A DNA stretch of 32,000 nt, taken from Allocoleopsis franciscana PCC 7113 (GTDB lineage Bacteria > Cyanobacteriota > Cyanobacteriia > Cyanobacteriales > Coleofasciculaceae). Of this stretch, positions 9,074 to 17,849 are shown in pieces. The position numbers and the translations under genes are program-made. Below the pieces are notes generated by a model that was not told the DNA's origin, did not search any database, and worked only from the letters and a program-made list of their open reading frames with translations. Numbering within the stretch: position 1 is the first letter of the stretch; the number at the start of each line of letters is the position of its first letter. The DNA lies in the NCBI RefSeq assembly GCF_000317515.1, contig NC_019738.1, positions 2,471,224-2,503,223 of the forward strand. Reading direction: 5' to 3'.

Positions 9074-12000
9074 ATGGACGCCGTAGCCATCTTGACATTG
9101 ATTGGACTTGTCATTGGCATCATTGCTGGTGTGGTGCAAGTCCTAGATTTTCTGGAAAAGCAACGGGAAAAAAAGCGATCGCTGGCAAATCAGACACCAT
9201 CGCCCCAGATTGCACAAGTTCCAAGTGCACCACCAGAAGTAGGCAGGACTCCTAAATCCATTGCATCATCGCATCAAGATTGGGGGGAAGCGGTTGATAC
9301 CTCAGCCTTTTACGGACGTACAGAAGAACTCGCCAAGTTAGCGCAATGGATTGTGCGCGATCGCTGCCGATTAGTCGCACTGTTGGGAATGGGGGGAATT
9401 GGCAAAACCTCTGTGTCGATTAAGCTAGCTCAGCAGATTCAGGATGAGTTTAAGTTTGTTATTTGGCGAAGCTTACGCAATGCTCCACCTGTTGAGGATA
9501 TCCTGAAAGACCTGATTAAAGTTCTCTCCAATCAGCAGGAAACTCAATTACCAGACACGTTAAACGAGTTAGTTGCCCGACTGATCGATTACTTGCGACA
9601 GTCCCGATGTTTACTGGTTTTGGATAATGCTGAATCGATTCTCCAAGGAGGCAATCGTGCAGGAGAGTATCAACAGGGCTATGAGGGATATGGTGAGCTT
9701 TTCAGACGCATTGGCGGAACCGTTCATCAAAGTTGTTTAGTATTAACCAGTCGGGAGAATCCTAAAGACATTGCTTCCGCCGCAGGAGATGCTCTTCCTG
9801 TTCGATACATGCAATTAATTGGTTTGAAATTAACAGAAGGAGAAGAACTATTTCACGCTCTGAAAGTCTCTGGTTCAGAAGCACAGGAGCAGGAACTAAT
9901 TGATTTTTACAAAGGCAGTCCCCTGGCTCTAAAAATTGTTTCCACAACGATTCAGGAGCTATTTGATGGGGATATTGCTCAATTTTTGCAGAGCAAGGTA
10001 GTTGTTTTCAGTGACATTCGCGATTTACTAGACCAGCAGTTTAATCGGCTGTCGGATTTGGAACGAGAAGTGATGTACTGGCTAGCAATTAATCGTGAGG
10101 CAGTTTCTTTATCCGAGTTGCGAGAAGATATTGTCTCGTTGGAATCACCGCCAAAGTTGATGGAAGCGATACAGTCTTTAGTGAGGCGATCGCTCATCGA
10201 AAAATGTACCGCGCTCTTCACGCTGCAACCTGTGGTCATGGAGTATTTAACTGACCGATTGATTGAACAGGTTTGTGATGAGATTAAAACCGGAAAAATT
10301 GAAGTATTTAACAGATACACTCTGATTAAGGCAACAGCGAAAGATTATATTAGGGAGACTCAAGTTCGCCTGATTCTTAAACCTATTGCTGAGAGGATTC
10401 CCGTAGGGGCGCACGGCTGTGCGCCCTTGCAACAAATGCTCTCAAAATTACGAGAGCAATTTTCTCGTAAACCAGGGTATGCAGGTGGAAATATTCTCAA
10501 TCTGCTTTGCTATCTACAAACAGATTTAAATGGCTTAGACTTTTCTAATTTGAGAATTTGGCAAGCGTACCTACAGGGCATGACTTTACAACATGTTAAT
10601 TTCGCTCACTCTAACTTATCCAAATCTGTTTTTACTCAAGCTTTCGACAGAATTGTGTCAGTGGCATTTAGCCCAGATGGAAAACTTTTAGCCACAGGTG
10701 ATGTAGTGGGTCAAGTTCGCATTTGGCAAGTTGTGGATGGTCAGCAACTTCTTACCTTTCAAGGACATAGCAATTGGGTATCGTCGATTGCTTTCAGTCC
10801 CGATGGTCAACTGCTTGCCGTTACTGGTCATAGTGACTCAACCATACAACTGTGGGAGGCTAGCACTGGAAAGTGTGTGCAAATTTTGCCAGGGCATACC
10901 GGTTGGGTATCGTCGGTGGCTTTCAGTCAGGATGGTCAAACCCTAGCTAGTGGCAGTAGTGATTTAACTGTGAGGCTGTGGTCGTTCAGCACTGGGCAAT
11001 GTCTCCGTATTTTGCAGGGTCATACTGATCGGGTGTGGTCAGTGGCTTTCAGTCGGGATGGTCAAACCCTGGTTAGTGGCAGTAATGACCAAACAGTGAG
11101 GCTGTGGGAGGTCAGCACTGGGCAGTGTCTCCGTATTTTGCAGGGTCATACTGATCAGGTGCGGTCGGTAGTATTCAGTCCCAATGGTCAAACCGTGGCT
11201 AGTGGTAGTGCTGATCAAACCGTGAAGCTGTGGGAAGTTAGCACGGGTCATTGTTTGAAAACTCTAGAGGAAAATACTAATGGCACAAGGACAATTGCCT
11301 TTAGTCCTGACGGTCGAATCTTAGCCAGCGGCAATTATGACCAAACCGTGAAGCTGTGGGAGGTCAGCACTGGGCAGTGTCTCCGTATTTTGCAGGGTCA
11401 TACTGATCGGGTATGGTCGGTTGCTTTCAGTCCTGATGGTCGAATCTTAGCCAGCGGCAGTGATGACCAAACAGTGAGGCTGTGGGAGGTCAACACTGGG
11501 CAAGGTCTCCGTATTTTGCAGGGTCACGCGAATAAGATAGGGTCGGTTGCTTTTAGTTGTGATAACCAATGGCTTGCTACTGGCAGTGGTGACAAAGCAG
11601 TGCGGCTTTGGGTGGCTAACACTGGGCAATGCTCGAAAACTCTACAGGGTCATCACAAGGCGGTAACTTCCGTTGCCTTTAGTCCAAATAGTCAAACCCT
11701 AGCTAGCAGTGGTGACAATACAGTGCGGTTGTGGGATGTCACGACGGGTCATTGTCTCCATGTTTTGCAAGGTCACGGCAGTTGGTGGGTACAGTGCGTT
11801 GCCTTCAGTCCCGACGGTCAAACGTTAGCGAGTGGCAGTGGTGACCAAACAGTGAGGCTTTGGGAGGTCACCACTGGGCAAGGTCTCCGTGTTTTACAAG
11901 GTCATGACAGTGAGGTGCGGTGTGTTGCTTTTAGTCCCGATAGTCAACTACTTGCTAGTGGTAGTCGTGACGGCATGGTGCGGCTGTGGAAAGTGAGTAC

Positions 12001-12502
12001 AGGGCAATGCTTGAACACTCTACAAGGGCACAACGATTGGGTACAGTCTGTTGCCTTCAGTCAGGATGGTCAAACCCTTGCTAGTAGCAGTAATGACCAA
12101 ACAGTGAGGTTATGGGAAGTCAGCACTGGGCAATGCCTAAAAACTTTGCAAAGACAAACCCGATGGGGAGAGTCCCCTGCATTCAGTCCCGATGGTCAAC
12201 TTTTCGCGGGCGGCAGTAATGATGCAACTGTAGGTTTGTGGGAAGTTAGCACGGGGAAATGTCTGCAAACTTTGCGAGGGCATACTGATAAGATCTGGTC
12301 GGTTGCTTTCAGCCGCGATGGTCAAACCCTAATCAGTGGAAGCCAAGATGAAACCGTTAAGATTTGGAATGTCAAGACGGGTGAGTGCCTAAAAACTCTA
12401 AGAGCTGCTAGACCCTATGAGGGTATGAACATCACCGGAGTTACAGGTTTGACGGAGGCTCAGAAAACCATGCTGAAAACTCTGGGGGCGGTTGAGAGTT
12501 GA
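9074..12502 (+). CDS. STAND NTPase (NB-ARC/AP-ATPase-like) with N-terminal TM helix and 14 C-terminal WD40 repeats
   Basis: 1142 aa. Residues 1-25 are hydrophobic ([20 protein letters not shown]) and are followed by EKQREKKRS. Walker A GMGGIGKT is at 9386-9409 and Walker B LLVLDNAE at 9611-9634. There are 14 units of ~42 aa ([40 protein letters not shown]). The tail [26 protein letters not shown] is typical of cyanobacterial WD40 proteins. Confidence 0.85.
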   Translation: MDAVAILTLIGLVIGIIAGVVQVLDFLEKQREKKRSLANQTPSPQIAQVPSAPPEVGRTPKSIASSHQDWGEAVDTSAFYGRTEELAKLAQWIVRDRCRLVALLGMGGIGKTSVSIKLAQQIQDEFKFVIWRSLRNAPPVEDILKDLIKVLSNQQETQLPDTLNELVARLIDYLRQSRCLLVLDNAESILQGGNRAGEYQQGYEGYGELFRRIGGTVHQSCLVLTSRENPKDIASAAGDALPVRYMQLIGLKLTEGEELFHALKVSGSEAQEQELIDFYKGSPLALKIVSTTIQELFDGDIAQFLQSKVVVFSDIRDLLDQQFNRLSDLEREVMYWLAINREAVSLSELREDIVSLESPPKLMEAIQSLVRRSLIEKCTALFTLQPVVMEYLTDRLIEQVCDEIKTGKIEVFNRYTLIKATAKDYIRETQVRLILKPIAERIPVGAHGCAPLQQMLSKLREQFSRKPGYAGGNILNLLCYLQTDLNGLDFSNLRIWQAYLQGMTLQHVNFAHSNLSKSVFTQAFDRIVSVAFSPDGKLLATGDVVGQVRIWQVVDGQQLLTFQGHSNWVSSIAFSPDGQLLAVTGHSDSTIQLWEASTGKCVQILPGHTGWVSSVAFSQDGQTLASGSSDLTVRLWSFSTGQCLRILQGHTDRVWSVAFSRDGQTLVSGSNDQTVRLWEVSTGQCLRILQGHTDQVRSVVFSPNGQTVASGSADQTVKLWEVSTGHCLKTLEENTNGTRTIAFSPDGRILASGNYDQTVKLWEVSTGQCLRILQGHTDRVWSVAFSPDGRILASGSDDQTVRLWEVNTGQGLRILQGHANKIGSVAFSCDNQWLATGSGDKAVRLWVANTGQCSKTLQGHHKAVTSVAFSPNSQTLASSGDNTVRLWDVTTGHCLHVLQGHGSWWVQCVAFSPDGQTLASGSGDQTVRLWEVTTGQGLRVLQGHDSEVRCVAFSPDSQLLASGSRDGMVRLWKVSTGQCLNTLQGHNDWVQSVAFSQDGQTLASSSNDQTVRLWEVSTGQCLKTLQRQTRWGESPAFSPDGQLFAGGSNDATVGLWEVSTGKCLQTLRGHTDKIWSVAFSRDGQTLISGSQDETVKIWNVKTGECLKTLRAARPYEGMNITGVTGLTEAQKTMLKTLGAVES
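10643..12409 (+). repeat. in-frame array of 14 WD40-coding units, ~126-bp period
   Basis: GCTGTGGGAGGTCAGCACTGGGCAGTGTCTCCGTATTTTGCAGGGTCATACTGATC occurs identically at 11101-11156 and 11353-11408 (252 bp apart). Several neighbouring units differ by only a few bases. Confidence 0.9.
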
Positions 12503-12583
12503 AAATAGGATGAGTCGGGGGCGATGCGTCAGGAGAAAGCGCGATCGCAAGTAGAATTTACAAGTTAGCGATCGCACTCTCAC

Positions 12584-13057
12584 TCACTCACCAAACCCTT
12601 GATACTGCATGAGGGTGACAGAAATCATGGGTAATAGTTTGGATGCCAATTGAGAAACTCCAAACTTCCACTTCAGGGATTGAGGTAACTCTTGCCAAGC
12701 AATGGGCACAAAACCAAAACGAGTATAAAACGTTGCCAACCCACTGCCCAAACATTCCAGATACAGGGGTTCGGTTGCCTCCTGAATCAAATGCTTAACT
12801 AAAAAGCTCCCCAAACCTCGATTTCGCCAAGCGGATGCCACCACTAAACTCCCCAATTCTTGCGCCCCAGCAAAGCTACGCAACTGTCCACAAGCAATCA
12901 CACCCCCCTCACATTCCATCACCCAAAACTGTGACCAACGTACCTGAGTCGGATCGAGTTTGGCACTCAGCACTAATTTGCGAATCGCCCAGATATCCTG
13001 GGCACAAGCTCGACGTAGAATACACCCAATGGGTAAAATAAAAGGCTGCTCAGTCAT
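12584..13057 (-). CDS. GNAT family N-acetyltransferase (157 aa)
   Basis: Acetyl-CoA motif A is present (ASAWRNRGLGSFLVKHL), followed by YTRFGF. I prefer the ATG at 13057 (MTEQPFILP), which lies 7 nt after the upstream HTH stop. The longer ORF-track start at 13120 would overlap that gene. Confidence 0.75.
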   Translation of the reverse strand: MTEQPFILPIGCILRRACAQDIWAIRKLVLSAKLDPTQVRWSQFWVMECEGGVIACGQLRSFAGAQELGSLVVASAWRNRGLGSFLVKHLIQEATEPLYLECLGSGLATFYTRFGFVPIAWQELPQSLKWKFGVSQLASKLLPMISVTLMQYQGFGE

Positions 13058-13064
13058 TTGCTCT

Positions 13065-13334
13065 CTAGGATGAACGCTTTGGCGGGCCGCAATCGTCCGG
13101 CAACGCATCGAGAGTAACACCCAACGCTCTACAAAACGCTTTCATTTGGGGAATCGTTAGTTCCGGTTGATATTCACCCCTCTCCCAAGCACTCACAGCT
13201 CTTTGAGAGATGGGTTTAGTTCCCGTTTTGTCAGGAATTTGCCGAGCGAGTTCAGATTGAGTCAGACCGGCCTGAATCCGTAGCCTTTTTAAGGGCGATA
13301 TCGGCTCCTCTGGATTGAGTGGTGCTTGTGGCAT
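13065..13334 (-). CDS. XRE-family helix-turn-helix protein (89 aa)
   Basis: LRIQAGLTQSELARQI...ISQRAVSAWERG is a classic HTH_3-type motif. It sits directly upstream of, and is co-oriented with, the GNAT gene. Confidence 0.75.
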   Translation of the reverse strand: MPQAPLNPEEPISPLKRLRIQAGLTQSELARQIPDKTGTKPISQRAVSAWERGEYQPELTIPQMKAFCRALGVTLDALPDDCGPPKRSS

Positions 13335-13418
13335 GATTGCACAGTTGGATTAGGGGTAAGTAAATCGGATTTCGATACACCTGTAAAATCATTCTCATCT
13401 GTCAAAACTGGTAAACCC

Positions 13419-14699
13419 GTGACTGAACAGGAAAATTTGCTTGGCTCACCATTTCGGCAGCCCCGATTACCCCTTCCCCCACCGATGATGATGTCTGAGG
13501 AAGGCTCTTTCGCCTACTTCACATTAACTCAGCGGATGCCAGCGATTGTCCAACGGGTGATCGATGAAAACGATTTTCCCACATCCATTGTGAATAACTT
13601 GGAAAGCCTGATTCAATCGTTGCCCAATGGAATTGTGCGTTCCCTCGACGACAAAGAGCCAGATTTCACCCAGTGGAATCGATATCTGGAACCCTATATC
13701 GGACAGCGCTGGTTAAACATTCCCTGGTTTTTTGCAGAGGCATACTTCTTCCGTCGTATCCTTGAGGCAACTCATTACTTTCAAGCCGGAAGTACTCAAG
13801 CTGTCGATCCATTTTCCTTACAAAAACGCAGGGGTTTGGAGACAACCCTGGTTTCCATTCGGGAACTGAGTACACGAGTCAATCACTGGATAGAGCAAGC
13901 AAAACATGATCAGGGCAACCTAGAGCCAAAAAGTTTGATTGCTCTACTCTATTCGGTTTTGTGGGGCAACCGGGCTGATTTGAGTCTGTGGCCGATTGAT
14001 GCCGGAGAATTGGATAGCAGCCAAGAAATTCACTTGGAACAAAATCACATCTTGGTCGATGATACGGCACTGATTGCTGAGCGAGTGGCTCGCTTTGAGG
14101 GGGTACGGATGGATGTGATTGTGGATAATGCGGGGTTTGAACTCGTCTGTGATTTATGCGTGGTGGACTTTCTGCTCACAAGCCACGCGGCTGAAGTAAT
14201 TTACTTGCACCTGAAATCCCAGCCCATGTTCGTATCAGATGCGATGATTCAAGATGTGCAAGACACGATCAAGTTTCTCGCCACTACCCGTGATCAGGAT
14301 GTGCAATCCCTGGCGCATCGATTGCAAGATTATCTGGATCAAGGTCGTTTGCTCTGCCGTGAGGATGCTTTTTGGACATCTCCCTTCGTATTCTGGGAAA
14401 TGCCCGAACCCCTAAGGCAAGAGTTAGCTCAATCTGCGCTAATTTTAATTAAGGGAGATGCGAATTATCGCCGATGCTTAGGCAATCGCACCTGGCCTTT
14501 TACAACGGCTTTTGCAGATATCGTCTGCTACTTCCCCGCCCCCTTGGTGGCTCTACGCACTCTCAAGTCAGAACTGGTAGTGGGTTTAGGATTAGAGCAG
14601 ATCGCAGCACTCAATCAGGAAGACTCAGAGTGGTTAACCAATGGGCAATGGGGTGTGATTCAATTCGTCGATCCAACAGCTATAACCGCTGCGCCCTAA
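13419..14699 (+). CDS. DUF89/ARMT1-like metal-dependent (damage-control) phosphatase
   Basis: The metal-site motifs of DUF89, DNAGFELVCDL and KGDANYRR, are present. The start is uncertain: the frame is open from 13326, GTG 13419 retains the RLPLPPP segment, and ATG 13485 is the alternative. Confidence 0.7.
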   Translation: MTEQENLLGSPFRQPRLPLPPPMMMSEEGSFAYFTLTQRMPAIVQRVIDENDFPTSIVNNLESLIQSLPNGIVRSLDDKEPDFTQWNRYLEPYIGQRWLNIPWFFAEAYFFRRILEATHYFQAGSTQAVDPFSLQKRRGLETTLVSIRELSTRVNHWIEQAKHDQGNLEPKSLIALLYSVLWGNRADLSLWPIDAGELDSSQEIHLEQNHILVDDTALIAERVARFEGVRMDVIVDNAGFELVCDLCVVDFLLTSHAAEVIYLHLKSQPMFVSDAMIQDVQDTIKFLATTRDQDVQSLAHRLQDYLDQGRLLCREDAFWTSPFVFWEMPEPLRQELAQSALILIKGDANYRRCLGNRTWPFTTAFADIVCYFPAPLVALRTLKSELVVGLGLEQIAALNQEDSEWLTNGQWGVIQFVDPTAITAAP

Positions 14700-14828
14700 T
14701 CCTCGCTTTCTCAGATAGCCGTTACTTGTTAGCAATCTTCAACCACCCAAAAACCTGCTCTGCCGTTAAATGTAACTCAATGCTTTCAAGAACTTGCAAG
14801 CGATCGCAACTATTTCTTCCCCCATTAG

Positions 14829-15773
14829 TTACGCAGAGGAGCGAAGTGTAAATATAGTGACCTCTGGTGGGCAATTGAGCCGCATCGGTATGATGCTAAA
14901 ACCAATTCCTCGGTTTACATAAAGACGATTTCCTGACTGCCCATATCCTTTAATCCAGCCGTCAGCGTGTACCTCATCCTCCTTAGTAAAAGTCATCCAA
15001 GACCATTCTGGTGTGAAGGGTAGACGAAATTGCCCACCGTGCGTGTGTCCTGCCACAGCCAAAGGTGCAGTGTTAGGAGGTAATGCTTCAAAAGAATCTG
15101 GGTTGTGCATCATCACCAACCTTGGTGCGCCTTCTGGCACCGGGTTCAGCGCAACTTTCGGTTTATCGTTATTCGGCCAATGTGCGCCGATGCCTACTAG
15201 GTATAGGGGTGCGTTGCCCGCCGTGTTTGCTGTTGTTGGGTTGCGATTCTCAGACGGTGCGATTGCTCTTTGCGATGGCTTGCCAATCGCAACTACCTCG
15301 TTCTGGAGGACTTGCACGCCTACTGATTCCAGCGCTTTATGCAATTTATCCGCCAACTGTTCGTTTGGTGTTGCGTGCTTGCTTTTCATTGCATAGTCAT
15401 GATTACCCAAGACAGCATAAGTGGGGATGCCTGCTTCAGGAAGCGATCGCACAATTTCAATAGCCTTGTTAATCTCTTCGCTTGGATCTTCACCTGCATT
15501 GTAGATAAAGTCACCAGCAATTAGCACGATTGCAGGACGCTCCTGAATTAGTTGTTTCACAATGCGGTCAATTGTACTGGTGTTGTCCATCCACATTCCT
15601 ATTTGCCAGTCAGCAATCAGTGCGACTTGTTGCCCTTCCCAACTAGCGGGAAGAGCAGGAATTTCTGCTACTTCTTCTTCTGTGTCGATTAGGTAAGGTT
15701 CGAGCAAGCCCCAACCGAGAATTACGCCAAAAATTCCTAACAAACTTAACAATGTGTATTTAATTTTCTTCAT
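14829..15773 (-). CDS. membrane-anchored calcineurin-like metallophosphoesterase
   Basis: N-terminal TM helix (YTLLSLLGIFGVILGWGLL). Metallophosphoesterase motifs GDFIY, GNHD, MMHNP and GHTHGGQ are present. Confidence 0.85.
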   Translation of the reverse strand: MKKIKYTLLSLLGIFGVILGWGLLEPYLIDTEEEVAEIPALPASWEGQQVALIADWQIGMWMDNTSTIDRIVKQLIQERPAIVLIAGDFIYNAGEDPSEEINKAIEIVRSLPEAGIPTYAVLGNHDYAMKSKHATPNEQLADKLHKALESVGVQVLQNEVVAIGKPSQRAIAPSENRNPTTANTAGNAPLYLVGIGAHWPNNDKPKVALNPVPEGAPRLVMMHNPDSFEALPPNTAPLAVAGHTHGGQFRLPFTPEWSWMTFTKEDEVHADGWIKGYGQSGNRLYVNRGIGFSIIPMRLNCPPEVTIFTLRSSA

Positions 15774-15900
15774 TTTTGATAAGTTTCCTGATACTTTTAG
15801 AGAAAAGTTCAGACAACTACTGCCCTACTCAACTCCATTAAGTACAATACACAACGTCTGAAACCCTGAATCAGCTTGGCTGTAGCCTATCTCGCTTCTT

Positions 15901-16257
15901 CTAAGAAACAGATATTTTAGAGTTGTCAGTACCGTTTGATATCACCTCTTTTATTTCTGTTACTTTGGGTACATCTGCCCGCATTTTCAATTCAACTAAA
16001 CCAACAATGTTTACACTAACTTGCAATGATACGTTTTCAGTGGGTATCTCCCTCTCTCTAACTCGTTGACCAGCAATTTGCATCACATCAATGGCTTGAT
16101 CGACAGCCAAAATTATTGCTTCCTCTGTAATTTCTGAAGCACCTTTTTGAGTGACTTGAGTCACTTTATCAATTACCTGCTTCCCTTTCTCTTGAGCGGT
16201 TTGGAGGACATCATTCATTACCTGTTTTCCCTTTTTTTGAACTTTTTCATAATCCAT
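15901..16257 (-). CDS. hypothetical protein (118 aa)
   Basis: ORF evidence only. The N-terminus is K/Q-rich with a duplicated KGKQV(M/I)xxV motif, and the gene is low-GC (32-37% in the two 60-nt lines counted). No family was recognised. Confidence 0.45.
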   Translation of the reverse strand: MDYEKVQKKGKQVMNDVLQTAQEKGKQVIDKVTQVTQKGASEITEEAIILAVDQAIDVMQIAGQRVREREIPTENVSLQVSVNIVGLVELKMRADVPKVTEIKEVISNGTDNSKISVS

Positions 16258-16524
16258 AATTAGCTTCCTTGGAAACAGTCGTATCTATTTCTAGATTGCT
16301 ACATAGATTCATAATCTGCATCACCCCACGGTTACATATAAAAACTTTACTAGTAGCTAAAGTTGAGCTTGTTTGGTGAATTTTAAGGAGAAGTGCGATC
16401 GCAATCAAAGAGCAGTACGCTCGTTCGCTCACTAACCAATTCTTGTTTTTCCAAACCAGTAAAGTAAATGTGGTAGACAAACATTTTTTTATAACCTCTG
16501 TTTGGTTTTTGAGGTATCGTCAAG

Positions 16525-16686
16525 TTAATTCACCAATTCCTGTTCAGGCTCTCCCAACCCTTCATTGCTTCCCCGGGCTTGTTTCAAAATGTGATTGATT
16601 ATTGCCCCGATCGCAAAGAGAACCAGGCTTAAAAAAATTGCACCAAAAGCACGTAGGATTACGTTGCTAGGACGTGTTTTTTTCAT
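16525..16686 (-). CDS. small single-pass membrane protein (53 aa), below the ORF-track cutoff
   Basis: Hand translation gives MKKTRPSNVILRAFGAIFLSLVLFAIGAIINHILKQARGSNEGLGEPEQELVN. It has a basic N-terminus, one TM helix and an acidic tail. It begins 45 nt downstream of the SH3 gene on the same strand. Confidence 0.35.
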   Translation of the reverse strand: MKKTRPSNVILRAFGAIFLSLVLFAIGAIINHILKQARGSNEGLGEPEQELVN

Positions 16687-16731
16687 GGAAATTCTCTTTT
16701 CAATAGCGGTTAACTAAGTACCCTTTGATCA

Positions 16732-17337
16732 TCAAGGACAGTACGTGAGATTAGCCGCAGAAACATAACCTTGTAAGGGAGCTGAAATTGGCACCCAGCC
16801 ATTTGCACCAAGATTTTCAAGGGTGACATTCCGTCCATTGGGTACTGCTCCGACACCAGCGCTATTAATCGATGGTTCTTGCCGGACGTAAAGACCACCC
16901 CTTTTTGAAACTGCGCGACACTTTGTTGGGGCAGGAGACTCCTGACAAGACGATAGATAACCCGCATACACATAACCTTGCATGGGAGCTGAAATCGGCA
17001 TCCACTTTGCGCCAGGATTTCCACCAACAGTATTTGTGCCCTGACTCTCCACAACTGTCACATTCTGTCCATAAGGTAGTATTCCGAGCGCTCTGCTGTA
17101 AACCGTTGGAGCTTCCCGGACATACAGACCATTCCTTGCTACAACTTCGTGGCACTTGTCCGAATCCTGTGCTATTTGATATACACCTTTGTTCTGGAAA
17201 GATGTTATTTTTGGGGTCGGATTTTCCTGAGTTGTGGCTGTAGTAGCAGCAGTAGAGGGAAGGACAAAAGCTGTTAAAGTTGACAAAAGTAAAGTATGTA
17301 TTGTTACAGATTTTTGCCAATTAATCATCTGTTTCAT
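16732..17337 (-). CDS. secreted tandem SH3b-like domain protein
   Basis: N-terminal signal-like segment (TIHTLLLSTLTAFVLPSTAA). Two ~70-aa repeats follow the pattern C-x-V-x4-GLYVR-x-P ... W(M/V)PISAP(M/L)QGYV-x-A-x-L-x-x-C. Confidence 0.7.
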   Translation of the reverse strand: MKQMINWQKSVTIHTLLLSTLTAFVLPSTAATTATTQENPTPKITSFQNKGVYQIAQDSDKCHEVVARNGLYVREAPTVYSRALGILPYGQNVTVVESQGTNTVGGNPGAKWMPISAPMQGYVYAGYLSSCQESPAPTKCRAVSKRGGLYVRQEPSINSAGVGAVPNGRNVTLENLGANGWVPISAPLQGYVSAANLTYCP

Positions 17338-17849
17338 GGTTTAAATTTCTATGGGGTTTATGGGTTCCCAGCCTGATTGGAAATCTAATAGTTGAGCCAC
17401 TCAATCCACCTTTTCAATTGCCTTAGCGGTAATGGGCGTACCAGCAAGTCCACAGACGTGACGAGTGCGATTCCGCCACCGTTGGCATCCGTGTCCTTAG
17501 GGATTTCCTTAGCTACTTAGTGATTCAAAAGTATTTTTGAGAAAATCTGGCTTTTTAGATTATGTACTTTCAATTTTAAAATAAATTCACTCTAAATTAG
17601 AATATAAAATTGAAGTTTATAACTGATTTATTTGCCAAAATATATTTTTACTAAACAGGACACATTAGGGGGTTTAGCTAGCTTATAAACTTTAAGTATA
17701 AATATTATCTAAACACTTGATTTTTGAGGAACGATTGAAGAGTCTAGAATTTTAGAATCGATTTAGTTCATACAGCCCTTTCCTACACCATGAAAGAAAA
17801 AGCCAAGGCGGCTTAGCATCAGGATGGTTATGCTGAAAAAGCCCGAAAG

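Noticed and set aside
8926-9255. 109-aa ORF on the plus strand spanning the hisB/STAND spacer
   Set aside because: It reads through the palindromic repeat module and overlaps the STAND gene start out of frame. It is probably an artefact of the repeat.
10643-12409. Periodic 126-bp repeats that could be mistaken for a CRISPR-like or satellite array
   Set aside because: The repeats are contiguous, in frame and encode canonical WD40 blades. There are no unique spacers and no leader.
13326-13418. N-terminal 31-codon extension of the DUF89 ORF as given in the track
   Set aside because: It would overlap the divergent HTH gene start (13334). It also encodes non-conserved-looking sequence upstream of the RLPLPPP segment, so an internal GTG or ATG start is more plausible.
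15013-15463. Two overlapping ~126-aa ORFs on the plus strand
   Set aside because: They are antisense to the metallophosphoesterase gene, which carries the metallophosphoesterase motifs GDFIY, GNHD and GHTHGGQ.
16247-16480. 77-aa ORF on the minus strand
   Set aside because: It overlaps the start of the 118-aa ORF, lies in what is more likely that gene's promoter and leader, and has no RBS or motif.
17800-17814. Small hairpin AAGCC-AAGGC-GGCTT with an adjacent A-run, a possible terminator for the minus-strand GNAT gene
   Set aside because: The stem is only 5 bp, which is too weak to annotate as a feature without 3'-end data.
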